Positions 35,708-44,294 of a stretch of DNA of 64,000 bases are shown here, in pieces (the first letter of the stretch is position 1; every line of letters starts with the position of its first letter). Source of the DNA: a virus. The DNA lies in IMG/VR virus record IMGVR_UViG_3300048577_000133, positions 1 through 64,000 of that record; one strand, written 5' to 3'. The notes beneath the pieces are model-generated. The model was not told the origin of the DNA. It searched no databases and saw only the letters and a program-made list of their open reading frames with translations. The translations under genes were made by a program, and so were the position numbers.

Positions 35708-35949
35708 TGCTCCTTTGTTTTTTCGGTTATAACTTTTTCTACGACTTTGCCAATTGCTTTCTTTACATCCTTAATTGTGTCAATTTGGGCCTGCCTCTGA
35801 AAACAGAAAATTGCAATAAGAAGCAAGACAGTTCCAACAGCTAAATAAGGTTTTTGAAAAGTTATTTTAAAAGGTTTGAACTGGACAATTGAGTCTGCAA
35901 TGAAAAATATCACAATACAGACGGCGACAATATGTATAACTGTTTTCAT
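35704..35949 (-). CDS. Small two-TM membrane protein (81 aa)
   Basis: VIHIVAVCIVIFFIA and AVGTVLLLIAIFCF. Confidence 0.5.
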   Translation of the reverse strand: MKTVIHIVAVCIVIFFIADSIVQFKPFKITFQKPYLAVGTVLLLIAIFCFQRQAQIDTIKDVKKAIGKVVEKVITEKTKEQ

Positions 35950-36078
35950 GTTTACATTGTTTAATTGTACTCATCTTCATCTGAATTTGGAGTCGTCTTT
36001 ATGATTACTGTAAAAACAACAGTTTCAATAATTAAAAAAACAACAAATGATGAAATAATAGGGTAATTGTGAATTAAT

Positions 36079-36450
36079 TCAATTGTATTCATTTTCAGCA
36101 ATTTTTAGTTTTTTGCTAATAAAATGACCTTTTGAATCACGAGGAAAATTGAATTTTGCCAATTTTTCTTCTGCTATTTCTAGCTTCTGCTTTAATACAG
36201 AATTTTCAACAGTAAGGCAATCTTTTATATGATTTGCCGCAAAAAGTTCAGCCAATTTGTCTTCAACTTTTTCTTCAGCAAAAGACAGAGAATTCCTTGT
36301 TTCAACTAATTCTGAAACAATAATTTTAATAACATAAAACATAGCAATGCAACCGATTAATAAAATAATCGAAACAATGAGAGATGTGTCTTGAATAATA
36401 CATTTAAAATTAATGCTGTGATTTTCTAAAAAATAAATTAAGTTTTTCAT
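36079..36450 (-). CDS. Membrane-anchored coiled-coil protein (123 aa)
   Basis: TM segment VSIILLIGCIAMFYVIKIIV followed by heptad-like sequence. Confidence 0.5.
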   Translation of the reverse strand: MKNLIYFLENHSINFKCIIQDTSLIVSIILLIGCIAMFYVIKIIVSELVETRNSLSFAEEKVEDKLAELFAANHIKDCLTVENSVLKQKLEIAEEKLAKFNFPRDSKGHFISKKLKIAENEYN

Positions 36451-36472
36451 TTTTTAAATATTAAGTTAGTAA

Positions 36473-36640
36473 CTAAGTCAATCCGGCAAAAGCTTCTTCT
36501 TTTCTGTAAAGAACTATCATTCTAATTTTAAGTATGTTTTTTGCTTCTTCTGAAGAAGCTTTTAATTTCAAATCAGATACTATACTCCAATCATCAGCGT
36601 TTTCAGCTTGTTTGATAAGCTCTTTATCATCTTCGCTCAT
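36473..36640 (-). CDS. Unlisted small ORF (55 aa)
   Basis: Manual translation gives MSEDDKELIKQAENADDWSIVSDLKLKASSEEAKNILKIRMIVLYRKEEAFAGLT, then TAG. Starts 39 nt downstream of the promoter motif at 36679. Confidence 0.4.
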   Translation of the reverse strand: MSEDDKELIKQAENADDWSIVSDLKLKASSEEAKNILKIRMIVLYRKEEAFAGLT

Positions 36641-36678
36641 TTAAGTATGTGTTATAGTGGATGTATATTTTTATTTGA

Positions 36679-36704
36679 TACAAATATATGTATTGTATTT
36701 GTAA
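36679..36704 (-). promoter_or_regulatory. Extended early/middle promoter motif copy
   Basis: tacaaatatatgtattgtatttgtaa. Confidence 0.65.
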
Positions 36705-36730
36705 TTACAAGCAAATAATACAAAATATTT

Positions 36731-38383
36731 TTACATTGGCATAAATCCCCTTGGATTATACCATCCATGTCTCATCCAATTCCAGTAAACAAAGGCATCT
36801 GCCAAGTTTGGCGATTTTCCTCCAAGCAATTTTTTTATTTCTTCTTTGCTCAAAATGATGATTTTTCCTGCACTTACTTTGTAGGTCACCATAAGCAATT
36901 CACGCTTTAAGGCCTTAAATGTCTTGTCTGGAATGTTGATTATTATTTCTCCATCGTTTAGGTCAAGCATTGCCTGAAAATACATCTGAGCTCTTAATCC
37001 ATTAAATTCATAAAGTGGCTTTCCTTCTTTGTCAAGTTTATATGCTTCTTTATAGGCTCCACCTTGCAAGCCTATTGCTTTAATTTTTAACTCATGTAAT
37101 GTGTTAAGTGTACCAACACCAACGCCAACGACATCAACGCCTATGTTCTGAGGCATAATGTCAAATTCTTTAATCTTTGGAATATTGTAAACAGGGTTGT
37201 AGTTAAATTTTAATCCTTCTGATCGCTTCATTACATCCACATCAGGCTCAACCAAGTTGTAAGCAAGAAAATTTGCATTAGGGCATGAAAATTCACGAAG
37301 GTAAAGCAATTCCTTTCCCCTTCCGTGGGCAACGCAACCTTTGTCACCATCTACTGAGTTTGCAACGTCAACCCCTGAAGCATTGTAACTACGTTGTTTA
37401 CCACTAATCTCTACATAATGCTCTTTATCGTTCCGATTGCACTTATCGAGCATTACCGATTTTATCAATGCGTTCACGTCTTCAGTTGGCGCGATTCCCC
37501 GGACACGGGATTTGAAAAATGGGCTGTCTTCCCCGTACTCTTCGCGGCGAATATCTATTGAATGTTGCGTAACGGCCCCCAGAATCTTAGTTTCCCCGGT
37601 TACAATGTTTGGGTGATCATAGGCACTTATGACAATGTGCTCCGTATTGGGCCGCTGGCAAAATGTGTGTAATGTGTCGAGCTGGCTATCAGGATTGCCA
37701 ATGGCCAGTATCAAATTCAAAACTCCTTTTTTAACATCGGTCTGGTTTGTATTGATAATTGCCTTTAGTACGGCCATATCAACTCCAGCGGCTTCCTCCA
37801 ATATGAAAAGCTGATACCGTTGATGGTGTCCCTGAAATTTTACCGAAGATTCAGCGCCGGCGCGTTTTCCTCCAACCATGCCCGTAATTTTCCATTTTAC
37901 ACTATTCTGATCATCTTCATCACCAGTTGAAAGATTTGGATCAACTTTCATCTGGAGTGCAAACAGTTCAGCCGTTGGCCGTAGTTTCCTGAATTTTGGA
38001 AACGCGATCGTTATTTCTTTGAAAAGAACTTCTTTCAACTGGTCCGCTGTAGGGGCCGTACATATTACGTGTGAATTTGGAAAGCAATCAAGAAACCAAA
38101 ATGCAACACGTGGTGCAATAAAAGTTTTTCCGGTACCGGTGGCCGACTCGATACCCACATCTTTCCCTTGTGCCAATGCCTGCATAGCTCTGAAAAATGG
38201 GTTAGGTGTTCCGTCCCACATATGACCATCATATCCCGGATGTCGATCCCAAAACAAATTTACTTCAGGCTCTTTAAATTTCTCAATATACCATTTTGCT
38301 GGATTTTTTTGGTAATCTTCATATATAAGCCTTTTGTTATACTCTTCAATTAGTCTGTCTGATCGGTCCTTTATTTCTATCAT
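36731..38383 (-). CDS. terL: Terminase large subunit
   Basis: Walker A ESATGTGKTF, Walker B LFILEEAAG, nuclease-type ASGVDVANSVDGDKG. Overlaps the upstream terS-like ORF. Confidence 0.8.
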   Translation of the reverse strand: MIEIKDRSDRLIEEYNKRLIYEDYQKNPAKWYIEKFKEPEVNLFWDRHPGYDGHMWDGTPNPFFRAMQALAQGKDVGIESATGTGKTFIAPRVAFWFLDCFPNSHVICTAPTADQLKEVLFKEITIAFPKFRKLRPTAELFALQMKVDPNLSTGDEDDQNSVKWKITGMVGGKRAGAESSVKFQGHHQRYQLFILEEAAGVDMAVLKAIINTNQTDVKKGVLNLILAIGNPDSQLDTLHTFCQRPNTEHIVISAYDHPNIVTGETKILGAVTQHSIDIRREEYGEDSPFFKSRVRGIAPTEDVNALIKSVMLDKCNRNDKEHYVEISGKQRSYNASGVDVANSVDGDKGCVAHGRGKELLYLREFSCPNANFLAYNLVEPDVDVMKRSEGLKFNYNPVYNIPKIKEFDIMPQNIGVDVVGVGVGTLNTLHELKIKAIGLQGGAYKEAYKLDKEGKPLYEFNGLRAQMYFQAMLDLNDGEIIINIPDKTFKALKRELLMVTYKVSAGKIIILSKEEIKKLLGGKSPNLADAFVYWNWMRHGWYNPRGFMPM

Positions 38384-39312
38384 ATTTTACCTTTTTCTTT
38401 TAGGGCCTTCATTACTTGCTCTTCAATCCTATCCATGTCCATGTTGGAATAATTAATTCCAAGTTTTTGACTTGATTTATCAGACTCAGCTCTCAGACTC
38501 AAATACAAAGCAAACAATTTATCCGGATCCAGTTCTTCAATAGTTTCAACCTTAGAATCTTCAACAAAGCCAAAACTGCCAGACCTGAGTAATTTTCTCT
38601 TGTACCTGGTACTTGTAGTTGTACGCTTACCTGTTGTTATGTGTTTTGCCAATTTTTGTAACACAGCAGCCCGGCCAACGTTGGCAACAATCCACGCCAT
38701 AATTGAAACGCTCTCTCCATACATCTGCCGAACGTCCTCATATTTATAAAGCCACTCGTTAAACATTTCAGGAGTAACCCCATATGAAATGCAACTTTCT
38801 TCCAACGTCTCAACACCGGAAGCCGCCCGGCTACAAATTTGCTTTGCAAGCTGCAATATTTCAAATTCGTCAGTCGTTGTTTCTTCATCGCGCTTATTCT
38901 TTTCCTCAATAACCTTTCTTCGAACCTGGGATATTTCTTTCACATCAAGTATTTCAACCTGAATAGGAGTGACCCCAGCATCTTCTAAATCCATATATAC
39001 CACATGAAGACGGTCACCGCTATCTTTCCCCAATCTAAATAATCGAAGTACAATAGGATTTAATATCATCCGTTTCAATTCATTTTCCTGATCGAATGAA
39101 AGAGCAAATTTTGATTTCGTGTATTTAAAAAGCTGAGTGCGTCCAAGGTTAGAAAAAAGCTTCAACGCTTTTGCCGGACTTCCAGCGCATTGATTTAAAT
39201 AATATTCAGCAATTTTTATCTTAAACGGAATAGCTTTATCAGGTAGTTCTATTTGCAAATTAGACTTAATCAGGAATCCTGGACTAAGCTCTTTAAGTGT
39301 AAAGGTTCGCAT
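38380..39312 (-). CDS. Putative terminase small subunit
   Basis: Coupled immediately upstream of terL. HTH-like ISYGVTPEMFNEWLYKYEDVRQMY. Start at ATG 39312 (the track uses TTG 39345). Confidence 0.45.
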   Translation of the reverse strand: MRTFTLKELSPGFLIKSNLQIELPDKAIPFKIKIAEYYLNQCAGSPAKALKLFSNLGRTQLFKYTKSKFALSFDQENELKRMILNPIVLRLFRLGKDSGDRLHVVYMDLEDAGVTPIQVEILDVKEISQVRRKVIEEKNKRDEETTTDEFEILQLAKQICSRAASGVETLEESCISYGVTPEMFNEWLYKYEDVRQMYGESVSIMAWIVANVGRAAVLQKLAKHITTGKRTTTSTRYKRKLLRSGSFGFVEDSKVETIEELDPDKLFALYLSLRAESDKSSQKLGINYSNMDMDRIEEQVMKALKEKGKI

Positions 39313-39331
39313 TCTATAAAATTGTTCGGTG

Positions 39332-39485
39332 TGTTCAGTGAACAATTTAAACCAAAAAGCCGAAAGGCGAGTTTTTTACTTTTCCCACTCTTTCGGCTTT
39401 TATCTACTGTGATGTGTGTCAATGATTTACATTGTTCACTTTTGTTCACTCAAAATTGTTCACTCTGTTCTTCTCTGTGTTCACT
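39332..39485. promoter_or_regulatory. Cluster of TGTTCACT motifs (4 direct copies plus palindrome TGTTCAGTGAACA) upstream of terS
   Basis: Direct copies at 39433, 39443, 39457 and 39478. Palindrome at 39332-39344, 20 nt upstream of ATG 39312. Confidence 0.5.
39354..39398 (-). terminator. Possible terminator (long-loop hairpin)
   Basis: AGCCGAAAG-N23-CTTTCGGCT followed on the minus strand by TTTTTGGTTT. Confidence 0.45.
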
Positions 39486-39797
39486 CTCTGTCACATCTAA
39501 GACTACCCAATCTTCAGCCAGAATATCAGTAATAGTCGGTGTCCAACCACAAATCAAATTGCTTTCATTAACAATTGCTAATTGATCGTCGTAATAAATT
39601 GCATTGATTTGTTCATCCTTGAACCTTCTTTGAAATTCATCTTTTACCGACTGAGGTAAAGACTACATTTTTGGAACAATTTCCTTCGAGATAGTAGAAG
39701 GAATTTGCATAAATACAAATAATCCACTCCACATGCAATTTAAACGTGTAACTCTTTTGCCTTGTCTTAATGCTTCTATAGCTTCTCCAAATTTCAT
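39450..39797 (-). pseudogene. DUF2829 / Tad2-like gene with a single in-frame TAG (39663-39665)
   Basis: Codon-by-codon translation gives MKFGEAIEALRQGKRVTRLNCMWSGLFVFMQIPSTISKEIVPKM, then TAG, then SLPQSVKDEF...LICGWTPTITDILAEDWVVL. Family hallmarks lie on both sides of the stop. Confidence 0.7.
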
Positions 39798-39828
39798 ACA
39801 ATTAAATTTTAATGGTTAATTATTTTGT

Positions 39829-40023
39829 TTATTCTCTCTTCATTCGAACTGAACATTCAAATCCAAAAAAGCATAATTTAAATGAGTATTCTTTTGGATT
39901 AAACCATCGTTTGTGTATTCCAATTATTGTCCAATTACAATTTCTTGAATATACTGGTTGTTTCCATCTGTTGTTAAAGCTGATATTGTCAAATGAATGC
40001 TTATACTTAAACTTTCTTTTCAT
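39829..40023 (-). CDS. Hypothetical basic protein (64 aa)
   Basis: The only minus-strand ORF filling the gap; weak support. Confidence 0.35.
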   Translation of the reverse strand: MKRKFKYKHSFDNISFNNRWKQPVYSRNCNWTIIGIHKRWFNPKEYSFKLCFFGFECSVRMKRE

Positions 40024-40039
40024 TGCTCAATTTCCCCAC

Positions 40040-40675
40040 TTATTTTTGTAGCCATACAAGTCTTTCGTGCAAACACTGGCTGTATGTTTTCATTACCTGT
40101 AATTGAATATTTAGCAATGTGATTTGCTCCGGATCAATTTCCTTTGATTTATCTTTCATGAAAAAGACTTCAAGCCTACCAATACGTCCGTCAACTTCAT
40201 TCTTTTCGTCAATAAGACGTTCTAAAAATCCCGGACTTGGTTTTGTAATGCCATCAACAATATCAGAAACAATTTCTTTGGCTTCCTGTAGCTCTTTAAC
40301 AATTTCAACAAACGCTACCTCAATAGCCCAACCAATTGTAGTATTTTCGTAATCTCCAAAATCGGCTTCAACGATAAACCCACCGTCTCTGAAAACTACT
40401 TCAGATTCTTCTGTATCATCCCCACTAAACTCAATTGACACAGTATCCCCTCCTTTTGACATTTCCCCATTCACAGGAATAGAACCGAATATTCTTTCCC
40501 CATTTTTATCAAACTCCCCGGTAAACATGCCGATTGATTTTGCTTCAACCTCATAATCTACCCCATTACTTCTGATGTAGTGCCATGTTCCATCAGACCA
40601 ATAAAATCCCTCAATAGGTTCATAGATGTCTGCTCTTTTCCCCCTGAACAATACTTCAAATTTTGATTTTCTCAT
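40040..40675 (-). CDS. YopX-like protein with C-terminal coiled coil
   Basis: KFEVLFRGKRADIYEPIEGFYWSDGTWHYI...SIGMFTGEFDKNGERIFGS fits the YopX pattern. Start taken at ATG 40675. Confidence 0.6.
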   Translation of the reverse strand: MRKSKFEVLFRGKRADIYEPIEGFYWSDGTWHYIRSNGVDYEVEAKSIGMFTGEFDKNGERIFGSIPVNGEMSKGGDTVSIEFSGDDTEESEVVFRDGGFIVEADFGDYENTTIGWAIEVAFVEIVKELQEAKEIVSDIVDGITKPSPGFLERLIDEKNEVDGRIGRLEVFFMKDKSKEIDPEQITLLNIQLQVMKTYSQCLHERLVWLQK

Positions 40676-40694
40676 TTTTTTTGTGTTTTTGTGT

Positions 40695-41228
40695 TTATTC
40701 TTTAAATACTTCAATTGCTCTTTTGGCCAATTCAACTATTTTAATTTTTAGCTCTTTGTAATTGGTGTTATCGTAGCATTCAAAAATCATATTCAACTCA
40801 TACCCGGTACTATCTGTCTTTCCAATTTCAACGTTTTCCCAATGATCTAACTCCTGCTCATCCAAGAGTAGACTTATTTCAAGACGTTGGCCGCATTCGT
40901 CGCAAAAAAGAAAGCCGTCATTTTCGTATCCACCTCCGTAATTATAGCAATAATCAAATTTATCAAATGGATCATCCCGGTAATAATCATACATATATTC
41001 CGGTATTTCCGTATTTTTTGGACGTATAGGTTTCTTTCTTTGCTCAATAAGGTATTCTTTCCTGTGATTTTTTACTGCTTTCTCAATACATTTATCACAA
41101 TAATCACCTTCCTGATCATTTGAATTTTTAGTTACCCAGTTAACATTGCTTGTTTCATTATGAACTTTCAAATAATAACTATCTGTCAGATTTATTGCTT
41201 TTTCAATGATTTCTTCATCTGTTTGCAT
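40695..41228 (-). CDS. Hypothetical Cys-rich protein (177 aa)
   Basis: CDKC ... CDECG motifs. Confidence 0.5.
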   Translation of the reverse strand: MQTDEEIIEKAINLTDSYYLKVHNETSNVNWVTKNSNDQEGDYCDKCIEKAVKNHRKEYLIEQRKKPIRPKNTEIPEYMYDYYRDDPFDKFDYCYNYGGGYENDGFLFCDECGQRLEISLLLDEQELDHWENVEIGKTDSTGYELNMIFECYDNTNYKELKIKIVELAKRAIEVFKE

Positions 41229-41404
41229 GATTCCTGTTTTACTTCAATTTCTTTGTATGTTTTCTTATCAACAGAAACAAGAATAAAATTTTTGCCTTTT
41301 CTTTCCTTTTTTACCTTTTCCAAAACTTTTAAAGCTTCTTCTCTACGTTCTCCATCTGTAACTATTGTTGCATTCCCGGATACGTATGTTACACAATTTG
41401 CCAT
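41192..41404 (-). CDS. Hypothetical protein (70 aa)
   Basis: ORF only. Confidence 0.4.
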   Translation of the reverse strand: MANCVTYVSGNATIVTDGERREEALKVLEKVKKERKGKNFILVSVDKKTYKEIEVKQESCKQMKKSLKKQ

Positions 41405-41463
41405 TTCCTTTTTTAAAATTAAACTTATTGATTATCGCATGTATTTTAACAATTCCGTATAAT

Positions 41464-41772
41464 CTAGTTATCATTATTTGTTTTTTCAATAGCAATCAAT
41501 CGCTTTCTAAGTCTTTCAAGCTTCTTTTTCTTTGCCATAAGTAGCATTTCTTCAGGAACTTGCTTTTTAACGTATTCTAAAACAATGTAAACGTCAGCAA
41601 CTTCTTCTGCAAGATTGTCTGAACACACATCAGATTTATCATCTTCTAATGTTCTGCTAATTGCACGAGCTAACTCACAAAGTTCTTCAATTGATTTAAG
41701 CAATTGTTTTCTTTTACCTATAATAGAATAGGCTTTATCAATTATTTTGTTTTCAGTAGTTGTTATAATCAT
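41464..41772 (-). CDS. MazG-like nucleotide pyrophosphohydrolase (102 aa)
   Basis: IEELCELARAISR ... LAEEVADVYIVLEYV matches the MazG EExxE/D pattern. Confidence 0.55.
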   Translation of the reverse strand: MIITTTENKIIDKAYSIIGKRKQLLKSIEELCELARAISRTLEDDKSDVCSDNLAEEVADVYIVLEYVKKQVPEEMLLMAKKKKLERLRKRLIAIEKTNNDN

Positions 41773-42029
41773 GATATTTTTCGAATAAATAAAACATTGT
41801 TTTTATATCGCAGTAATTCCTGTTCGGAAAGAGTGCCCAAATATTCAATTTTAGGCATGTAAAACTCATGAGTAGGTATAATGTCACCTTTGTAAGAATA
41901 CACTTCTGATTTTGCCAATTTTCCACATTCAGGGCATTGAATCAGATATGGTGTTTTACCTTCATCTGATTCAATTACCGCTGTGCGATGCAAAGTAGGA
42001 CACAAGTATGTATTAAAATGGTAAATCAT
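41769..42029 (-). CDS. Zinc-ribbon-like small protein
   Basis: CPTLH...CPECG. Start moved to ATG 42029 to limit overlap with ssb. Confidence 0.45.
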   Translation of the reverse strand: MIYHFNTYLCPTLHRTAVIESDEGKTPYLIQCPECGKLAKSEVYSYKGDIIPTHEFYMPKIEYLGTLSEQELLRYKNNVLFIRKIS

Positions 42030-42435
42030 CTTCTTCCGGCTTACTCCAATTTTCTTCCGTCTGTTGTCCTGTTTGTTGTACTGGTTCTTTACGTTCTCCG
42101 TTTCCACCTCCAAGCATCTGCATATTATCGCCGTATATTTCTGTCGTGTATCTTTTGGTTCCGTCTTTGTCTTCCCAAGCTCTAGTTCTTATTTTTCCCT
42201 CAATATAAAGTTTGGAGCCTTTTTTCACGTATTTTTCAGCTACTTCAGCCAACCCACGCCATAAAACGATGTTATGCCATTCTGTTGTGGTTACTTTTTC
42301 GCCGTTTTTAGCGGTATAGTTTTCTGTCGTAGCCAGGGAAAAGTTTGCTACCGTTATCCCACTTTCAAGACGCTTTACTTCAGGATCTTTACCGACATTT
42401 CCGATTAGTATTGCTTTATTAATGCTCATTATCAA
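42013..42435 (-). CDS. ssb: Single-stranded DNA-binding protein
   Basis: NKAILIGNVGKDPEVK...TEWHNIVLWRGLAEVAEKYVKKGSKLYIEGKIRTRAWEDKDG...DDLPF. Confidence 0.9.
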   Translation of the reverse strand: MIMSINKAILIGNVGKDPEVKRLESGITVANFSLATTENYTAKNGEKVTTTEWHNIVLWRGLAEVAEKYVKKGSKLYIEGKIRTRAWEDKDGTKRYTTEIYGDNMQMLGGGNGERKEPVQQTGQQTEENWSKPEEDDLPF

Positions 42436-42643
42436 TAGGTTTTAAAATTAATTTATCATCATCATCCAGCGTGTAGCAATCAGGGCAATAATGCTTGTCA
42501 CCATCCAAGTACCAATTGTCATTTGCTGCATGTTCATGTGCCGAATTCTCATCAACGAATATTGAAAATCCATTGTGGTATTCTTCAAAATCTTTTTTAC
42601 AGTTATCGCATGATAGCATCACGCATTCTACTTTGTGTATCAT
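42419..42643 (-). CDS. Small zinc-finger-like protein (74 aa)
   Basis: CDNC...CPDC. Confidence 0.5.
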   Translation of the reverse strand: MIHKVECVMLSCDNCKKDFEEYHNGFSIFVDENSAHEHAANDNWYLDGDKHYCPDCYTLDDDDKLILKPIDNEH

Positions 42644-42649
42644 GATTTA

Positions 42650-42841
42650 TTATAATTTTAGTTCTTCAATATCGTTCGGATGATAAGGCTTTGCAGTCTT
42701 TTCACCTTCTAACTTCACATAAATGTAGTACACGTAATCAACCCCATTTAAGTTGTTTTCTTGCATTTTTGAGATATTTCCCTTTTTCCCTCCGGCCAAT
42801 ACAATAGCCCCTTTGAACATCCAACTTTCTTTCTTTCTCAT
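42650..42841 (-). CDS. Hypothetical protein (63 aa)
   Basis: ORF only. Confidence 0.45.
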   Translation of the reverse strand: MRKKESWMFKGAIVLAGGKKGNISKMQENNLNGVDYVYYIYVKLEGEKTAKPYHPNDIEELKL

Positions 42842-42845
42842 AGCT

Positions 42846-44204
42846 CTATGATTCAGCGTTTACAATTCGTTCCCCGGTAAGAATAATCGCATTTGGCCGG
42901 GCTTCCGGTCTCTTTTCAACCACCTCAATAACGATTTGGAAGCCCTTTTCGCTTAGGTATGCAATAATTTCAGCTTGTTTATCTTCATCCATCAGGCTAA
43001 AATCCTGCAAAAACACGTATTTAAGCGGCGTTTCCCTGGTCTCTGAAAGAATGATAGGAACGTACTTCAAAAGTTCTCCAGTTGAAAAATATGGAGGTCT
43101 GATCGGCTTGTCGTTCAACAACAATTCTCCCTTATCATTTACACTCATGTTTTCAAACGGCAACCGGTTAGATTCTTTCAGGTATTTTACACGGGCTGTT
43201 TCGGCATCTTTTACAGCATTTCTTGCTTTTTCAATCTTCAATTGTTGCTCTTGCTGTTCCTGAAGTTTACTTTTATATGTTTCAACATCCTTAACCTTAT
43301 CATTATGCTTGTCAAGTTCTGAAAGTTCTTTCGAAATAAATTCCACATCAAAACTTTCCGGATCTTGATCCTGCATAATTTGGTACTCGGCATCTTCTTC
43401 CAGCAAAGAATTTGATTCAGCTTGAAATTCTTTGATTTTTTCACGTTGTATTTTCAACGCGGCCACGAATGCAGCCTTAATACGCTCAATCTCTGCTTCT
43501 GATCGCTCAATACTTTCTGATACTGCAATCATTCTGGATTGTCTGAAAGCTACACGGTCTTTGGCTGCCTGAGCCTTTTGAAGTTTCTGACTAAGTGTTA
43601 CGCTGTCTTTTTTCTCCGTGTATTTGGCAATTTCTTCAAGTGTAAGCTGAATATTGCTTATCGCTTCATCAGTGCGTTTACCGATTGCAACTTCAGTGCT
43701 TAAATCCTGCTTTTTTAGTTCAATTGCCTTGTCATGCGCTTCAGTATCAATACCAAGGGCCAAAGCCTGTTCTTTTGAAGAAAGATTGTAAAACTGAGCC
43801 GGGGCAATCATGTACGGATCAAAAATGTCATTCAACCACTCCTGGGTAAGATAAACACCTTCGGGTGCTTTTATTTCAAGCGTTTGGCCTGATTTTGTCA
43901 TCTTTCGGGTAATCTCAATTTCATTGCCTGATTTTTCATCAAACAACACAACAGAACCCGTCGTATTAGCGGCATTTCCTCCAATAAACCGAAAGCGTTC
44001 AGCAATTAGTGGAGTCTTTACCTCTTTAGTAGCCTTGCTTGCAATACCCTGCATAACAAACCATAATCCGGTTAAACCAATTGTACTTTTTCCGGATCCG
44101 TTTCCACCTATCAAATAGGTAACATTATCGTTCAAGCTTACGGAAATCTGTTCAAACTCACCAAAGTTTGACAACATCAATGATTTTAATTTTAATGAAT
44201 CCAT
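42846..44204 (-). CDS. SMC/SbcC-like AAA ATPase (452 aa)
   Basis: Walker A GGNGSGKSTIG, long central coiled coil, C-terminal VFLQDFSLMDE (Walker B-like). Confidence 0.65.
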   Translation of the reverse strand: MDSLKLKSLMLSNFGEFEQISVSLNDNVTYLIGGNGSGKSTIGLTGLWFVMQGIASKATKEVKTPLIAERFRFIGGNAANTTGSVVLFDEKSGNEIEITRKMTKSGQTLEIKAPEGVYLTQEWLNDIFDPYMIAPAQFYNLSSKEQALALGIDTEAHDKAIELKKQDLSTEVAIGKRTDEAISNIQLTLEEIAKYTEKKDSVTLSQKLQKAQAAKDRVAFRQSRMIAVSESIERSEAEIERIKAAFVAALKIQREKIKEFQAESNSLLEEDAEYQIMQDQDPESFDVEFISKELSELDKHNDKVKDVETYKSKLQEQQEQQLKIEKARNAVKDAETARVKYLKESNRLPFENMSVNDKGELLLNDKPIRPPYFSTGELLKYVPIILSETRETPLKYVFLQDFSLMDEDKQAEIIAYLSEKGFQIVIEVVEKRPEARPNAIILTGERIVNAES

Positions 44205-44235
44205 TTTTTAGTGTATAATGTGTTTAAATAAAAAA

Positions 44236-44270
44236 GCTATTACAAAAATAGTGTTTATTTTTGTAATAGC
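44236..44270. promoter_or_regulatory. Perfect 15-bp inverted repeat (5-bp spacer) combining a terminator hairpin and a promoter motif
   Basis: GCTATTACAAAAATA-gtgtt-TATTTTTGTAATAGC. The minus strand is followed by TTTTTTATTT. The right arm is the TATTTTTGTAA half of the promoter motif. Confidence 0.7.
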
Positions 44271-44294
44271 AAACAAATAAAAATAAATTTTAAA

